This document shows, one piece after another, positions 25,150-36,756 of a stretch of 64,000 nucleotides of DNA. The position numbers and the translations under genes were made by a program. Numbering within the stretch: position 1 is the stretch's first letter; every line of letters starts with the position of its first letter. Origin of the DNA: Psilocybe cubensis (lineage: Eukaryota). The notes beneath the pieces were generated by a model. The model had not been told where the DNA came from, ran no database searches, and worked only from the letters and a program-made list of their open reading frames with translations. The DNA is taken from assembly GCA_017499595.2 (NCBI GenBank), contig CM039000.1, positions 3,286,001-3,350,000 of the forward strand, read 5' to 3'.

Positions 25150-25505
25150 TCTATCTCTTCGTCAGTAAAAGGTGTGTGTGAGAGAGCCTCGAAAAGCGCA
25201 CAACACCCCAAGTGATGGGGTGAGTTCAGGTTGATATAATAGTCAGCGCGGACAGGTGGCCCGGGTACCCGCAGATCCGCAGGGTGATAGAAAAGCATCG
25301 GTCAATTGTCGGTCAGGTGGGTGGGCGATACCCAGCCATGGCTTCATGCGAAAGTATAGCCAAGAATGCGAGTAAAGCGGTACGAAAAATTCAAGACCCC
25401 GAAGAAGTAGAATGACATTGAGTGTTGTATGGTTCGAAAAGTACACAGGCAGCACGAAGTGTTCGAAAGAGAAAGACCAAAAAAAAAAAAAACCACAGAA
25501 AACAA

Positions 25506-28113
25506 TCAAGGAATGAAACTGGTATCGATGCCATGAGAAAAGTCCCAGATGCATATCCTCTGATGAAATAATCAGCGTCAAGAAACCCCTAAAGGCCGGG
25601 AAAAAAATCATACCTGGTCTTCTCCGCATGACACAATCTAAGCGAAGAAATTCAATTGTTCAAGGTTAGTTTGGCAAAACGAATCAGCATCCAAGGGAGT
25701 GCTTGCCTTTTTGGCGTCAAATCCAATACAGAAAATCCGCCCGGTATGACCTCCTGTAAGGTTAGCGACAAGATACCCCGTCTTTCTATCCCAAACCTAT
25801 AGCAAAATATCAATGAAGAAGTACCACAGACACAGCACAAAATGTACATGCCTTGACACTCAGGTCATAACTACCACTCAGCACAAAGTCCTCTCCTAGA
25901 GCCACCGTCCGCACAAGATCACTGTGATGGCATCCGCCACCAGTATGTCCATAACGATCCGGCGGGCCCCTATGCACAGAAAACGCTGATTCTATGCTGC
26001 TGCTACCGCAGATTTGGCATATCAGCCCCCCATTGCTTATACTGCCGCTGTGCGCGCTCCCGTCCGAGGCGAAATGGAGTGCTGAGGCGCTGGTGGTAGC
26101 GTCGTCGGGTCCGAATTTGGGGTCTGTCGACCAGCCTTGCTGTGTGTGCATGTCAAAGAGGCGGACGTGTTTGTCTGAAGAACCCGAGACGACGAAAGGT
26201 GGGCAGAAATCGATCGAGGCGATTCTATATTTTGTACATAGGATTAGATTTGTTTGAATCGGGTAGAGCAAGAAGAAGCCTTACCCTCGAGTGTGATGAT
26301 CATTCAACGTTCGTAGCAGTTTGCCTGTTTCAGCGTCCCATAATCTCACTGAACGGTCGCCCGAGGCTGATACAATATAAGTGTCTGATATCGAAACAGC
26401 GTTGACAGCCGCTCGATGAGCATTCAAAACAAATTGCTGTTCTAATTCTGGGAATGAATAAATTCTGACAGTGCGATCTGAACAAAATAAAACGGTCAGT
26501 AAAGCGAAAAGAAACAAGATCATTCCACGGGTACCTTTCGAACACGACACCAGTCTGCGGTCGTCAAACCTAACACAAAGCACACTCTCCTCATGGTCCG
26601 TAAGAACCTTGACCAACTTATTCGTCTCCAAATGCCACAGCGCGACCTTGCGATCACTGCCCGCGCTCGCCAGGTACCCATTATGCACACATATACTCAA
26701 CACCGAGCTATTATGCACGTCCGCAATCACACGCTCAACCATACCCGTGCTCAAATTCCACTCGCGCACCGTCCGATCGCGCGAGCCCGTGAACAGCACC
26801 TGCCGCCCCGTCTCCGGGTACGTGTACAGCTGCAAACAGTACACATGGCTCGTGTGCGTGTTCGTCGCCGGCGCGCCTGCCCGCGTCTGCAGCGGCGACA
26901 GCCGGTACGACGACGCGAGCACGCGGTTCCGCAGCTTGATGTGCGTCTGGTGCAGCAGCTTGTAGTTTGGCTTTGCGGTGGAGAAGTCTTGCAATACGGA
27001 CGGCGCGGAGTAGCGGTTTTGGTGCCGCGCGGCGACGGCTGCGGTGAGACGGGTGTGGTGTGGTATTGGTGGGTGGTTGGGAAGCGGGAGGAGGGTCGCG
27101 CGGGATGAGGAGGCTTTGCTTGAGGAGGGCATGCTCGGGTAGGAGGCAACGGACGTCTCGATAGAGGACACCGTGTTCAAATTGACGCTCAGGTTCGCGA
27201 TGGACGCCGCGATGGATGCGAATCCCGAGTCGAGCTCGGCCTGCATGAGCGTCAGCTCTGCTTTGGCGGCCTCTACGCTGTCGATCATGGGCGCGTGGAA
27301 GGTAAAGTCATCGCCGTCTTCATCTGAACCCTCCCCATCCTCTTCTTCTTCTTCTTCTTCCTCCTCCTCCTCTTCATCTGAGTCGCCCATGCCCTCATCA
27401 TCCGAATTGTCCCAGTCGGCAAAGTTGCGATTGTACGCGTGCGACCGCGGGACATGGCGCCATGTCCACCCGCGGGCCTGGCAGAGCGCCTTCCACAACG
27501 ACTGGTCATTCGCGAGCGCCTGCCACCGCCGGCTCACAAGCGCACATGCCAGCAGCGTCGTATACGGCAGATACCCAAAGATCTGGAGCGAGACTTCCGT
27601 CGGTAGACACTACACATGCACATGAATACACACAAAGGAAATTCAAACAAAAAATGGTGAGAGAGAGGGGGGACAGGTCAGCAAATCTGTGACAAAAAGG
27701 CAAAGAGCGGGCGAACCGCGTCATACGCACTCCGACAACGTCAAATTGGAGCAGCGGCGCGATGCGTCTTTGGATGGTAGCCAACCGCGAGCGAGGCAGC
27801 GATGCCAGAAGCTTATACGCCAACTCTAAGCGCAAAGGGTGAGTGGTCCATGCAAGGCGTACAAAATGTAGAAAAGCGAACAAAACACACCTTCGGTGTC
27901 GTGCACCGAGCGTGACGCGGAGCCTGGGTTCGAGTTTTCCATCGTGGTCGCAGCGGGCTCGGGGTGGTTGGAGTCGGAGTGTGAGTGGGCGAGGAGGTGG
28001 TGTTGCACAGCTACGGCATCCTCCTCGATGAACCCTTCATCTGGCGCCAACGGCGAACCTGAACCTGAACCTGAACCTGAACCTAATGGGACAGCAGTAC
28101 CGTTTCCGAGCAT
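25506..28113 (-). CDS. F-box + WD40 repeat protein (SCF substrate adaptor, beta-TrCP/Cdc4-like architecture)
   Basis: F-box LPTEVSLQIFGYLPYTTLLACALVSRRWQALANDQSLWKALC; poly-Glu tract; WD repeats (TGSRDRTVREWN, SAGSDRKVALWH, SASGDRSVRLWD, SGSSDKHVRLFD, SGSYDLSVKVWD, SCGEDQRICIWD); stop TGA at 25506-25508. Confidence 0.9.
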
Positions 28114-30521
28114 CGCTAAAGGAGCATATACAAGGCAACAACACAAAAAAACCAAGTCCGTCAAAGATCTCCTTTGCTCGCCAGTAATAGGTATTGCAGT
28201 AAGGGGTGTGTGGTAGGCGCACCAAATGAAAAGGCGAATGTTTATTTAATATATCGAGAGAATTCTCATAAGAAAGGAAGCCGTAACTACAAGTTTTATG
28301 GACCGAATTCGAAAACAGCAGGCTACGACGACGAAACGACGACGACGGCCAGGTTTGATCTGAATCAGAGTTAAATCATGGCAACAACGTCCCAGGCACG
28401 TGGCGGGAACTAATGCACTCTCCAGCTCGCAACGAACAACGAAGATCAAAGGCTGCCATTGGCTCGTCGCTGGACCCGTGACGATTGGGACAGGATATCC
28501 CACGCTACAATAGATACATAAAATGATACAGATGATCGTTTAGCTTCGTTTCTTCTCCTCCCCCGGGTCTGACATGGACTCGCAGTCTAGACTGTCCTCT
28601 AAAAGCAGGCGACAAATCCGAAAACCCTTGACAATCCACGAACAACAATATGACCCATATCAATCTCCCAGCGCCTCACTTGTCATCTGCGCACAGTAGC
28701 ACAAAGCCTCAGATACTACTAGGACTCCCCACCCAAGCCGCGCTCGCGCTCGTCCATCTTCCGATTGGCTTGGACCAACAAAACATAATTCAAAACCCAC
28801 ACCCATACCCACACGCACAAGTCATATGCCTCTCATAGCTCCGAGCTCCCAGAAACCACTGATCAAGCTTCAAGGGCGACACCCAATCGGACCCAACCCA
28901 TCCATCCACCCAACCAACAGACAGGAGCAAACCTTGTGTTGCGGCTCATCCATTGGTTTCCAAATTCCCTGGGTATATTATAATCAAGGCGGCATAAACC
29001 ATGATTCGTGATTCGTGCGACGTGAATCCATCAAAACTCTCGAGACTCGAGAGAGCGGTCACTCACGGTACCACTTTTAGCGCGCGGTCTAGACGCGTCC
29101 ATTGTCGATTATGTCTGATTCCTGATTCGGACTCGACTTGACTTGACTTGTATCGTTTCTGATTTCTCCCCATGGCTAGAGAGCATGCATGGCAACAGGA
29201 TCTTGACACTGTCCACTGTCCGAGTCTGGCACCACCACCACCATCATCATCATAGCACATAACGCATAACGCATATATTTGCACTATACTGTCACTAGTC
29301 TTGCTACTAGCTAGTCGACTGACTCTGCGCTGGGTGCTAAGTCCGCCCGCAACCAGACATTCCGAATTCTGAATGGATGGCCGGGAGCCTCGAGACTCGA
29401 GAGGCGGAGGGACCGGATGATCGATGATCGATGACGATGAGGTGTGGGGATGTATGCATATACATACATACACACCTATACACCATCTGAATGTCATCCC
29501 CGTGGTCTCCCATATCCCATATCCCATATCCCGACGGCTGGACTCTGGACTCTGGACTCTGACCGGAACAAACCGATCATACTGTACATCTATGATGTAT
29601 ATCGACGCCGGACGGGTTGCCTGCGAATACTGCGAATATATGCACATGTACTACGAGACCGATATCCTTAGCGGCGGATTATAATTATGATAGGAGCAAA
29701 CGCCAATGCCAATGCCAATGCAAGTGCCGTAGTACGCCATTGCGCCCAAGAGTCAGTCACCCTTTGTATGTGCTCTGAGATCCGAAAAATAGGGATGCTC
29801 AAGCTCACATTCTATTCATTCATTCATTCATTTCTGTACATGTCTGCCGTCATAAGTTAGAACACAGGATCCAGGGCTGGTAACGTACTCACTACTCATT
29901 CATGCAGTCATACAAATCGACACTGGCAAGGAGACGATTACATTGAAATTTGAATTTAAAGTCATTAAAGTAAATGAAAGGTGACAGGAAAGCCCTGTAC
30001 AATGGCAAAACGAGGATACTTGGCTCTGTCAAGTGCGTCGGTCACGGATTACAGCATGCAATAGCAGCAGCAGTAGACTAGTAGTAATAGTACTAGTAGC
30101 TGGTCAGAGCTGAGCGACTTTGTCATTGTCATTGCCAGTCATTGCCAGTCAGCGCCGTCTCTGTCATTATAATATGAGCACGGGCCCGGGCACACTAACA
30201 CTTACTACTATTAGAATTAAACTTAAAGCTTGAATAAACCCTACCAAATCATTGGTCCATTGTTCTGTCATATTTAAATAACTTGAAGTAAGTAACGTTC
30301 GAAACCGCCATGCTACCTTGGTAAGTACATGGTTTCAAAGGTGTTATCCGGGGAATTTGAAGCCATTATCATTATCACTATCACTATCACTTCATAATTA
30401 CCTCTAGCACAAATACAATGATTGTGAATCTGTGACTCCTCCATTTCATTCATTTTATTGTATTTCATACCACTGATTCCCTGAGCGCCAGCGCTTCAAA
30501 TCAAATACTACAAAAGAAAGC

Positions 30522-30545
30522 GAGAGAGAGAGAGAGAGAGAGAGA
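30522..30545. repeat. (GA)12 microsatellite
   Basis: Perfect dinucleotide run in the long intergenic region. Confidence 0.9.
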
Positions 30546-31614
30546 ACAATACTGAGCTTCAATTTTTCAATTTCTCAATTCAGTTCAATTGTCGTTTCAA
30601 GCCAATTCCAGTGCCATATGTAGTACTACTACTAGTCAATATGTACAGGCTTGTCAGCGGCAAGGTTGAGGTTCAAGTTAAACCTTGAATCCTGAAGCAT
30701 GAAGCCTGAAGCATGAAAGCGCACAACCACAAAAAAAAAACCAAAACCAAAAAAATAAAAGTCTACCTAGGAAGCAGAGGTAAACGAACAATAGACAATG
30801 GAATTCTTACCCTTCAGTCATCAGTCATCAGTCATCAGTCTTCACCGCTCAGCCTGACTCCAGAGCCTCGAGGCTCGCTCGCTTTTCCATAACGAATATG
30901 TAGCTAAGGCTTACGGCACGCTTCTTTCTGGATTCTAATTCCCCCGACGCGCTATATATACACGCACACTCACACGGTATGACGGAAGGAGTGACTGGTG
31001 AAAGGGATCAAAGGGATCAAAGTCAAAGAATAGATCAATGATAATGGTATTGATAATGGTGTGGCAGGTGAAAGGGATCAATCATCAATGGGTGAATAAG
31101 AATAGTGAATAATAGATTGTATAGAATGGATTGTATGGATAGAGTGGATAGAGTGGATAGAATGATAGATTGTGTGAAATGGATAGATTCAAGTTGGGTG
31201 GAACGGGGTATGGGGTGAATCAACGAGCGATGCGGGAAGTTCAAGGCGATTCAGACCGGTCAAGGTGGGATTGAATGGGGCGTAGCAAGGCGCAAATGCA
31301 GATGCAGATGGCGAAAGGTCGGAAGGGAGGGGAAGGGAAGGGTTCCCTCCCAGTCCCAGATCCCAAATCACATTTCACTCGCAAATGTGCAGTAATGTAG
31401 GATTTGTGTGTTATTGCAATTTTTTAATCATACAATGGCTGATTTTTCAGATGGTGGGTGGTTCTAGTCGTACATAATGCATAATTTATAGTAATATAGT
31501 CATGTTGTGGATGATGAAGGGGAAGATGCAAAGTGAAGAGAGAGAAACAGCGAAAAAAAAGCGAATCGCAAAGTCCAATGCAAGAAACTCCAATCAAATC
31601 AAATCAAACAGCGT

Positions 31615-32619
31615 TCACGACTCTTCAGGCATCGGCGCGCCCGTAGCCTTCGCAATCGCCTCAAGAACGACCCTCCACACCTGCTGCACGACCTCAAACA
31701 CCTGGGCATCCACCACACCCAGCGCACACGCATTCGCCCAGAGCCCATGGACCACCGTCGCCCTCTGCATCATCCCACCCACATCTGCATCCCAGCCCGC
31801 AGGCAACAGCGAGCGCCTCAGCCTCTCCGCGTCCTGGACGTACAAATACCAAAGCAACAACCCGAACTGCGCGGGTGCCGGGAGCGCGAGGCGCACGACG
31901 GGGAGTGTGACGCTGGGAGAAGAGGAGGGCGGGAGCGGGTAGGCGGCGGCGGAGGAGGGGAAGTGCGGGAGGGATGCGCAGAAAGCGCCGAGCACGAGCT
32001 GGTGGGCGGGGAAGAGGGTGTATTTGCGGGAGGAGGAGGAGGGGAGGGAGGAGGTGATGGCGAGGATGTGGGTGGGGCAGATGCTCCCGTGCGAGATGGG
32101 ATCGGAGAGGAGAACTTGGAGTTCATCGGGCAGCTGCGAGCGATGGTGCTGTGGGATCGCACCCTGCACTCCTGCGTACATGCTAGAGAAGGCATGGGTA
32201 AGTTTGTTGAACGATGGCTGGATGGGGGGATCAGAGACGTACTGAGTAGAGAGATGTTTGAGGCCTTCGCGGGCGTAGGTGAGGGGCGTGTCGCCGAGAC
32301 CCGGGCAGGCCTTGCGCAGCTCCTCCTCGTCGATGGCGAGCGGAGCGGGGCGCGGGAGGTGTGCGCGGATAGATACGCGGCCCGAGCGGGGCTGCACTGG
32401 AGGCTGAGTCAGGAGAGACTGGGGCTGAGCAGGTCTGTTCATGGTTATACTGGCGAGCTTGAGCAGAGAAGCACGGCGGCGGCGGGATGTGTGTGGGCGG
32501 CGGAAAGTTGTTGGACGCCGGGTTGATTTATAGGCGGATGGTGATGGGACGGACAAAGGGCATACAGGGCCCGAGACGGTCTTGCAGGCCACTTTGTTGT
32601 TGTGGAGACGTGCAATCAT
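31615..32619 (-). CDS. clp1: Clp1 (clampless1)-like dikaryon/clamp regulator
   Basis: Motifs I recognise as Clp1 family: PTHILAI, TLFPAHQLVLGAFCASLPHFP, LPVVRLALPAPAQFGLLLWYLY, VHGLWANACALGVVD..F..V...W.VVLEAI. One probable 60-nt intron (~32184-32243). The start could be ATG 32619 or the later MNRPAQ. Confidence 0.8.
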   Translation of the reverse strand: MIARLHNNKVACKTVSGPVCPLSVPSPSAYKSTRRPTTFRRPHTSRRRRASLLKLASITMNRPAQPQSLLTQPPVQPRSGRVSIRAHLPRPAPLAIDEEELRKACPGLGDTPLTYAREGLKHLSTQYVSDPPIQPSFNKLTHAFSSMYAGVQGAIPQHHRSQLPDELQVLLSDPISHGSICPTHILAITSSLPSSSSRKYTLFPAHQLVLGAFCASLPHFPSSAAAYPLPPSSSPSVTLPVVRLALPAPAQFGLLLWYLYVQDAERLRRSLLPAGWDADVGGMMQRATVVHGLWANACALGVVDAQVFEVVQQVWRVVLEAIAKATGAPMPEES

Positions 32620-32965
32620 CTTGTCTGCAATTTGATGGATGGTCAACTTGGGCGGGGCGCTGGTCTCTGCAGAGGCGGATGGCCCATCGCTCAGCGGCGC
32701 AGAGTGGTTATATACGATAGGAGAACAATGGACCAGCTCTCCCTCCGCTCAGAACCAATCCCGCTGATTGCGCTGGGATCCCATCAATACCTGATTGCCT
32801 TCTCAGGCAACTGTCCTTACTCGGAAGGGAATGTGTTGTGGTTTGATTATGTCTGCTTACAGCTGCTTGGTTGCCAATCCGTGTGCGATGGCATGTATGC
32901 CGGCATCCAATCCCCCATTTTTCTGTTCTACAGGCGGGAGTGTTAACGTAACCGTATGGCGCCTG

Positions 32966-32981
32966 TGTTTTTTCATCCATC
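32966..32981 (-). promoter_or_regulatory. GATG-N9-ACA candidate homeodomain-heterodimer site upstream of clp1
   Basis: Plus strand reads TGT-tttttcatc-CATC, about 350 bp upstream of the clp1 ATG. TATATAA lies on the minus strand at about 32708-32714. Confidence 0.35.
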
Positions 32982-34926
32982 CGCAAAAATACATTCATTC
33001 AAATGCATGGGCCAGTTGATTGGTACAAGTAATACGTCCATGTCCACAGTATACCGCCGTCTCGCACAAACATAACCCCGCGCGTCTAACCTAACACTTA
33101 TGGTACACATATGAACGTGGGATTTCAACCCAGTTGAACGACATTGCCCCCGAGCCGAGTCATACCATCAATGGAAACCAACTTACTCAAACGGGCCAAC
33201 AAACACGCTGAAAGCGGTTCCTGTGCCACCCATCAGGCCATTGCATGACAATCTTTTTTCCTATTTCGTCAGACCGCTCCTTGCTCCGTGCACAGGGAAA
33301 TTAGAAGTTGCCTATATGGTCCATGTCGGTCCAAGCACCGCGCCAATTGGGGTAAACTTGCTCCTTTCTTTGTTCGGACGTTGAAGCTGAAGAAGCAAAG
33401 CTGAGGGGTGGAAGTAGCTGTATATGACCCGTAAAGACAATGGATGGTTGAATTCTGAAAGATACCGTCACTCTCGTCTATTACTATTAATATCATCACA
33501 AAGAGAAAGAAACTTGAAGGTCCTGACTCCTAGTAGAAAGGCGTCCAACAGAGAAAAGCCACAAAGATTGAATATTGACTCCGAGTCCATTGGTTGATAA
33601 TCATCAAAAGTCCACAATGGAGCACCAAAGCCAAAGTCAAGGTCAAGGTCATAGATCTAGCGTTTCGAGTCATCGAAGCGCATAACGTATTGCCAGTGTT
33701 CGGAGAACCTTTGCAAAGACAATAAGCACCACCGTATCAAAGTCCAAGTCCATGTCTGGTCCAATTACGAAGCACAGTCGCAGAAGAACGCCCGAGTCCC
33801 ACATATCAAGCGAACAATGAATGGGTCCCTGACGCCTAGTCTGAATTCCGTCGTAATACTAATACTGTCAGATGGGATTAGGTCGGTCCAACTTGTTCGC
33901 GAATCGTGATCAACCAGGTCAGAGTTAAGAACACAGCCACACAGCTCTACTTCAAAGGTTCACAGATGAGGCTATTGACGTCTATTTAAATCAAAGGATA
34001 CTGGCAAATAAGGCGGTACATGCCAGCGTCGCCCCCTCTCACTCCAGCTCGTTCGACTTCGAGAATTCGAAAAGGAAGCGAAAAGTCGTGTCGTGTCGTT
34101 GCTTTTTTTTGCGTCCTTCCCTGTCCTGTCCTGTCCTCTTCGCTCAATTGGACTTTGCATCCGCTTCTCGCTTGGACTTTTGTTTTTAAGTGGTGAGTTC
34201 GCTTTGCTTTTTTTCGAAATGGGTGTTTTGGGATGTGTGTTTTGTATTTGCGTGTTGTGATTTTTTGGGATTTGGTTGGTGTACATTTGAGGCTGGACCT
34301 GGACCTGGAGTTGGATTTTTGCTGGAGTTGGAGTTGGAAGTGCAATGGGGGCAAGGTCCATGACAATGACAATGACAATGACAAGGGCAAGGGCAGGGGC
34401 AAATGGGGGGCGAAGGTGAAATGGGCAACGCAACTGGGCGAAAACTCCTACGGGAGAGGAGAGTTGGTGTAACAGTAATAACGACATCCACACGGGAGCC
34501 ACGCCAGCTGCACCGGTAATGGTAATAATGGTAGTGGATGGGTGGTAACGCAGAAAGAGTGCGAAATCGACGCGCCACGTCGTGGTCGTGGTTGTTGGAG
34601 TAGTCTGTCCGCGTCGTTGTCGTTGTCGTTGGCCTCGTCGTTGGCGTTGGCGCGGTAACACATCGCCTCGCCTCTCGCTCGCACTCCCACTCATCCTCAG
34701 CTAAAAGCTGTATATCACATATTACACACGCCCTCCCTCCTCTGCATAGCCTACCTGAATGCTGAATGTGCAACTAACAACTAACAACTTACTCTATCAC
34801 CCCCACAGGTCCCCCCCCCCTAATCCACTCCTCTCTGCGAATCTCATCGGCAACCCTCAAGATCCCATTCCCATTCCCGTTCCCAATCCCTTGTCTAAAC
34901 GCCAAACTAAAGCAAGCTAAAGAACA

Positions 34927-36756
34927 ATGGCAGAAGAAATCCGCGCCACGTCCTACGTCGGCTTCGACAGCATCACCCAGCAGATCGAGCATAAACTGCT
35001 CAAGCGCGGGTTTCAGTTTAATGTTATTGTCGTTGGTACGTTGCGTTTTCGTTTTTTTTTGTTTGGTTTTTCGTTTGGGTTTTCGTTGCGTTGCGTAGCG
35101 TTGTTTTTTTGTTTTTGTTTTTTTTGCTCTGTGTTGCAATTTTTTTTCGTGTTTTTCGTTATTCGCTTTTTGTTTGCGTTTTTTTTCTCTCTCTCTTGCT
35201 GGCGTTTTCGTTGTCGTCGACACGTTGACGAGATACACCTGCACCTGCATCTGTGATGGGTGATGTGATGCGTTGCGTTCGTTGCGCACTACCTACGCCA
35301 CGATATGCTATGCTAGGCTTTTCGCTCAGGAGTCAATTTGACACCTGTCCACTTCGCCCTATCTTCACACCAAAGCAAAAGTAAAGGCAAAAAAGCAAAG
35401 AGTTCCTCTTACCTCTTTCCTTTCCTTTCCCTTATTCTCATCCATTCCCCCACTCACCTTACCACCTCCAAAAAAACTCCTACTAACCCCCCTCTTTCTT
35501 TTACTTTTACTGCACCACAGGCCAAACAGGGTTGGGCAAGTCGACGCTGATCAACACCATTTTCGCGTCGCACCTTATTGATTCCAAGGGGCGGCTTGCG
35601 GCTGATGAGCCGGTTAGGCAGACGACGGAGATTCAGGCTGTTTCGCATGGTGAGTTTACGGTTTTTTTTGGTGGCCTGCGGATGCAAAGGGGCGGTAAAG
35701 GAAGAATGTGGCGCGTTTTGATTGATTTTTACGTGTTGCTTTGATTCTTTTGCGTTGTGCATTGCGCTCTAGACTTCCTTCTTGCGTACTTTTTTGTTTC
35801 CTTTTTGCTAACGCGTGTTCTTTTTTTGATTGATAGTTATTGTTGAGAATGGTGTGAAGCTTAGGCTTAACATTGTTGATACCCCTGGGTACGGAGACCA
35901 GATCAACAACGAGGGATGGTACGTTTTCCTTCCCGCTTCCTCTATCATATTTCTCACCAAAGCAATGCAGCTGGGACCCCATCATCAAATACATCAAAGA
36001 CCAACACTCGGCGTACCTCCGCAAAGAGCTGACAGCGCAGAGGGACCCGTACATCCAAGACACGCGGATCCACTGCTGCTTGTACTTTTTCAATCCGACG
36101 GGACACTCGCTGCGCCCGATTGATGTGATTGTGATGAAGAAGCTTAGTGAGGTTGTGAATGTTGTGCCTGTTATTGCGAAGAGTGATAGTTTGACGTTGG
36201 AGGAGAGGGAGAGTTTTAAGGCTAAGGTGGGTGTTTTTTTTTTTTTAAGTTTTAGACTTTTTGTTGGGGGGGATGAGAGTTCTGATTGTTTTTGCTCTTT
36301 TTTTGATTTTTTTTGGTGGATAGATCAGGGAAGAGTTGGTTTATCATAATATCCGCCTTTATCCCTTTGACACGGATGAGGACGATGAAGAGGAAGTCCA
36401 CTTGAACGAGTCAATCAGGGTACGTCTCTTTTCCCATCCCATCCAAAATTCCCATCCAAATCTCACACTTTATTACCAATCACTTATAGCAAATCGTCCC
36501 CTTCGCCGTCGTCGGCTCGGAAAGCAACGTCATCATCGACGGGAAATCCGTACGAGGGCGCAAGAACCGATGGGGAGTAGTGAACGTTGAAGACCCGGAA
36601 CATTGTGAATTTGTGCATTTGAGGAATTTTTTGACGAGGACGCATTTGCAGGATTTGATTGAGACGACTGCGAGGATACATTATGAGGCGTTTAGGTCGA
36701 AGCAGCTGCTTGCGTTGAAGGAGGGTGCGGCGAGGGGGCCTGCTGCTGCTCAGTAG
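34927..36756 (+). CDS. CDC10: Septin, Cdc10/AspD group
   Basis: YVGFDSITQQIEHKLLKRGFQFNVIVVGQTGLGKSTLINTIF, IVDTPGYGDQINN, DTRIHCCLYF, VIAKSDSLT, RGRKNRWGVVNVEDPEHCEF; short C-terminus without coiled coil. Confidence 0.95.

Noticed and set aside
33972-34773. 240-aa and 195-aa minus-strand ORFs between clp1 and the septin
   Set aside because: Translations of hexamer and trimer repeats (QRQR, CHCH, TTTT); no family motifs.
28200-34900. Search for pheromone precursors (CaaX) or mating-type HD genes near clp1
   Set aside because: I found no short ORF ending in a CaaX box and no homeodomain motif.
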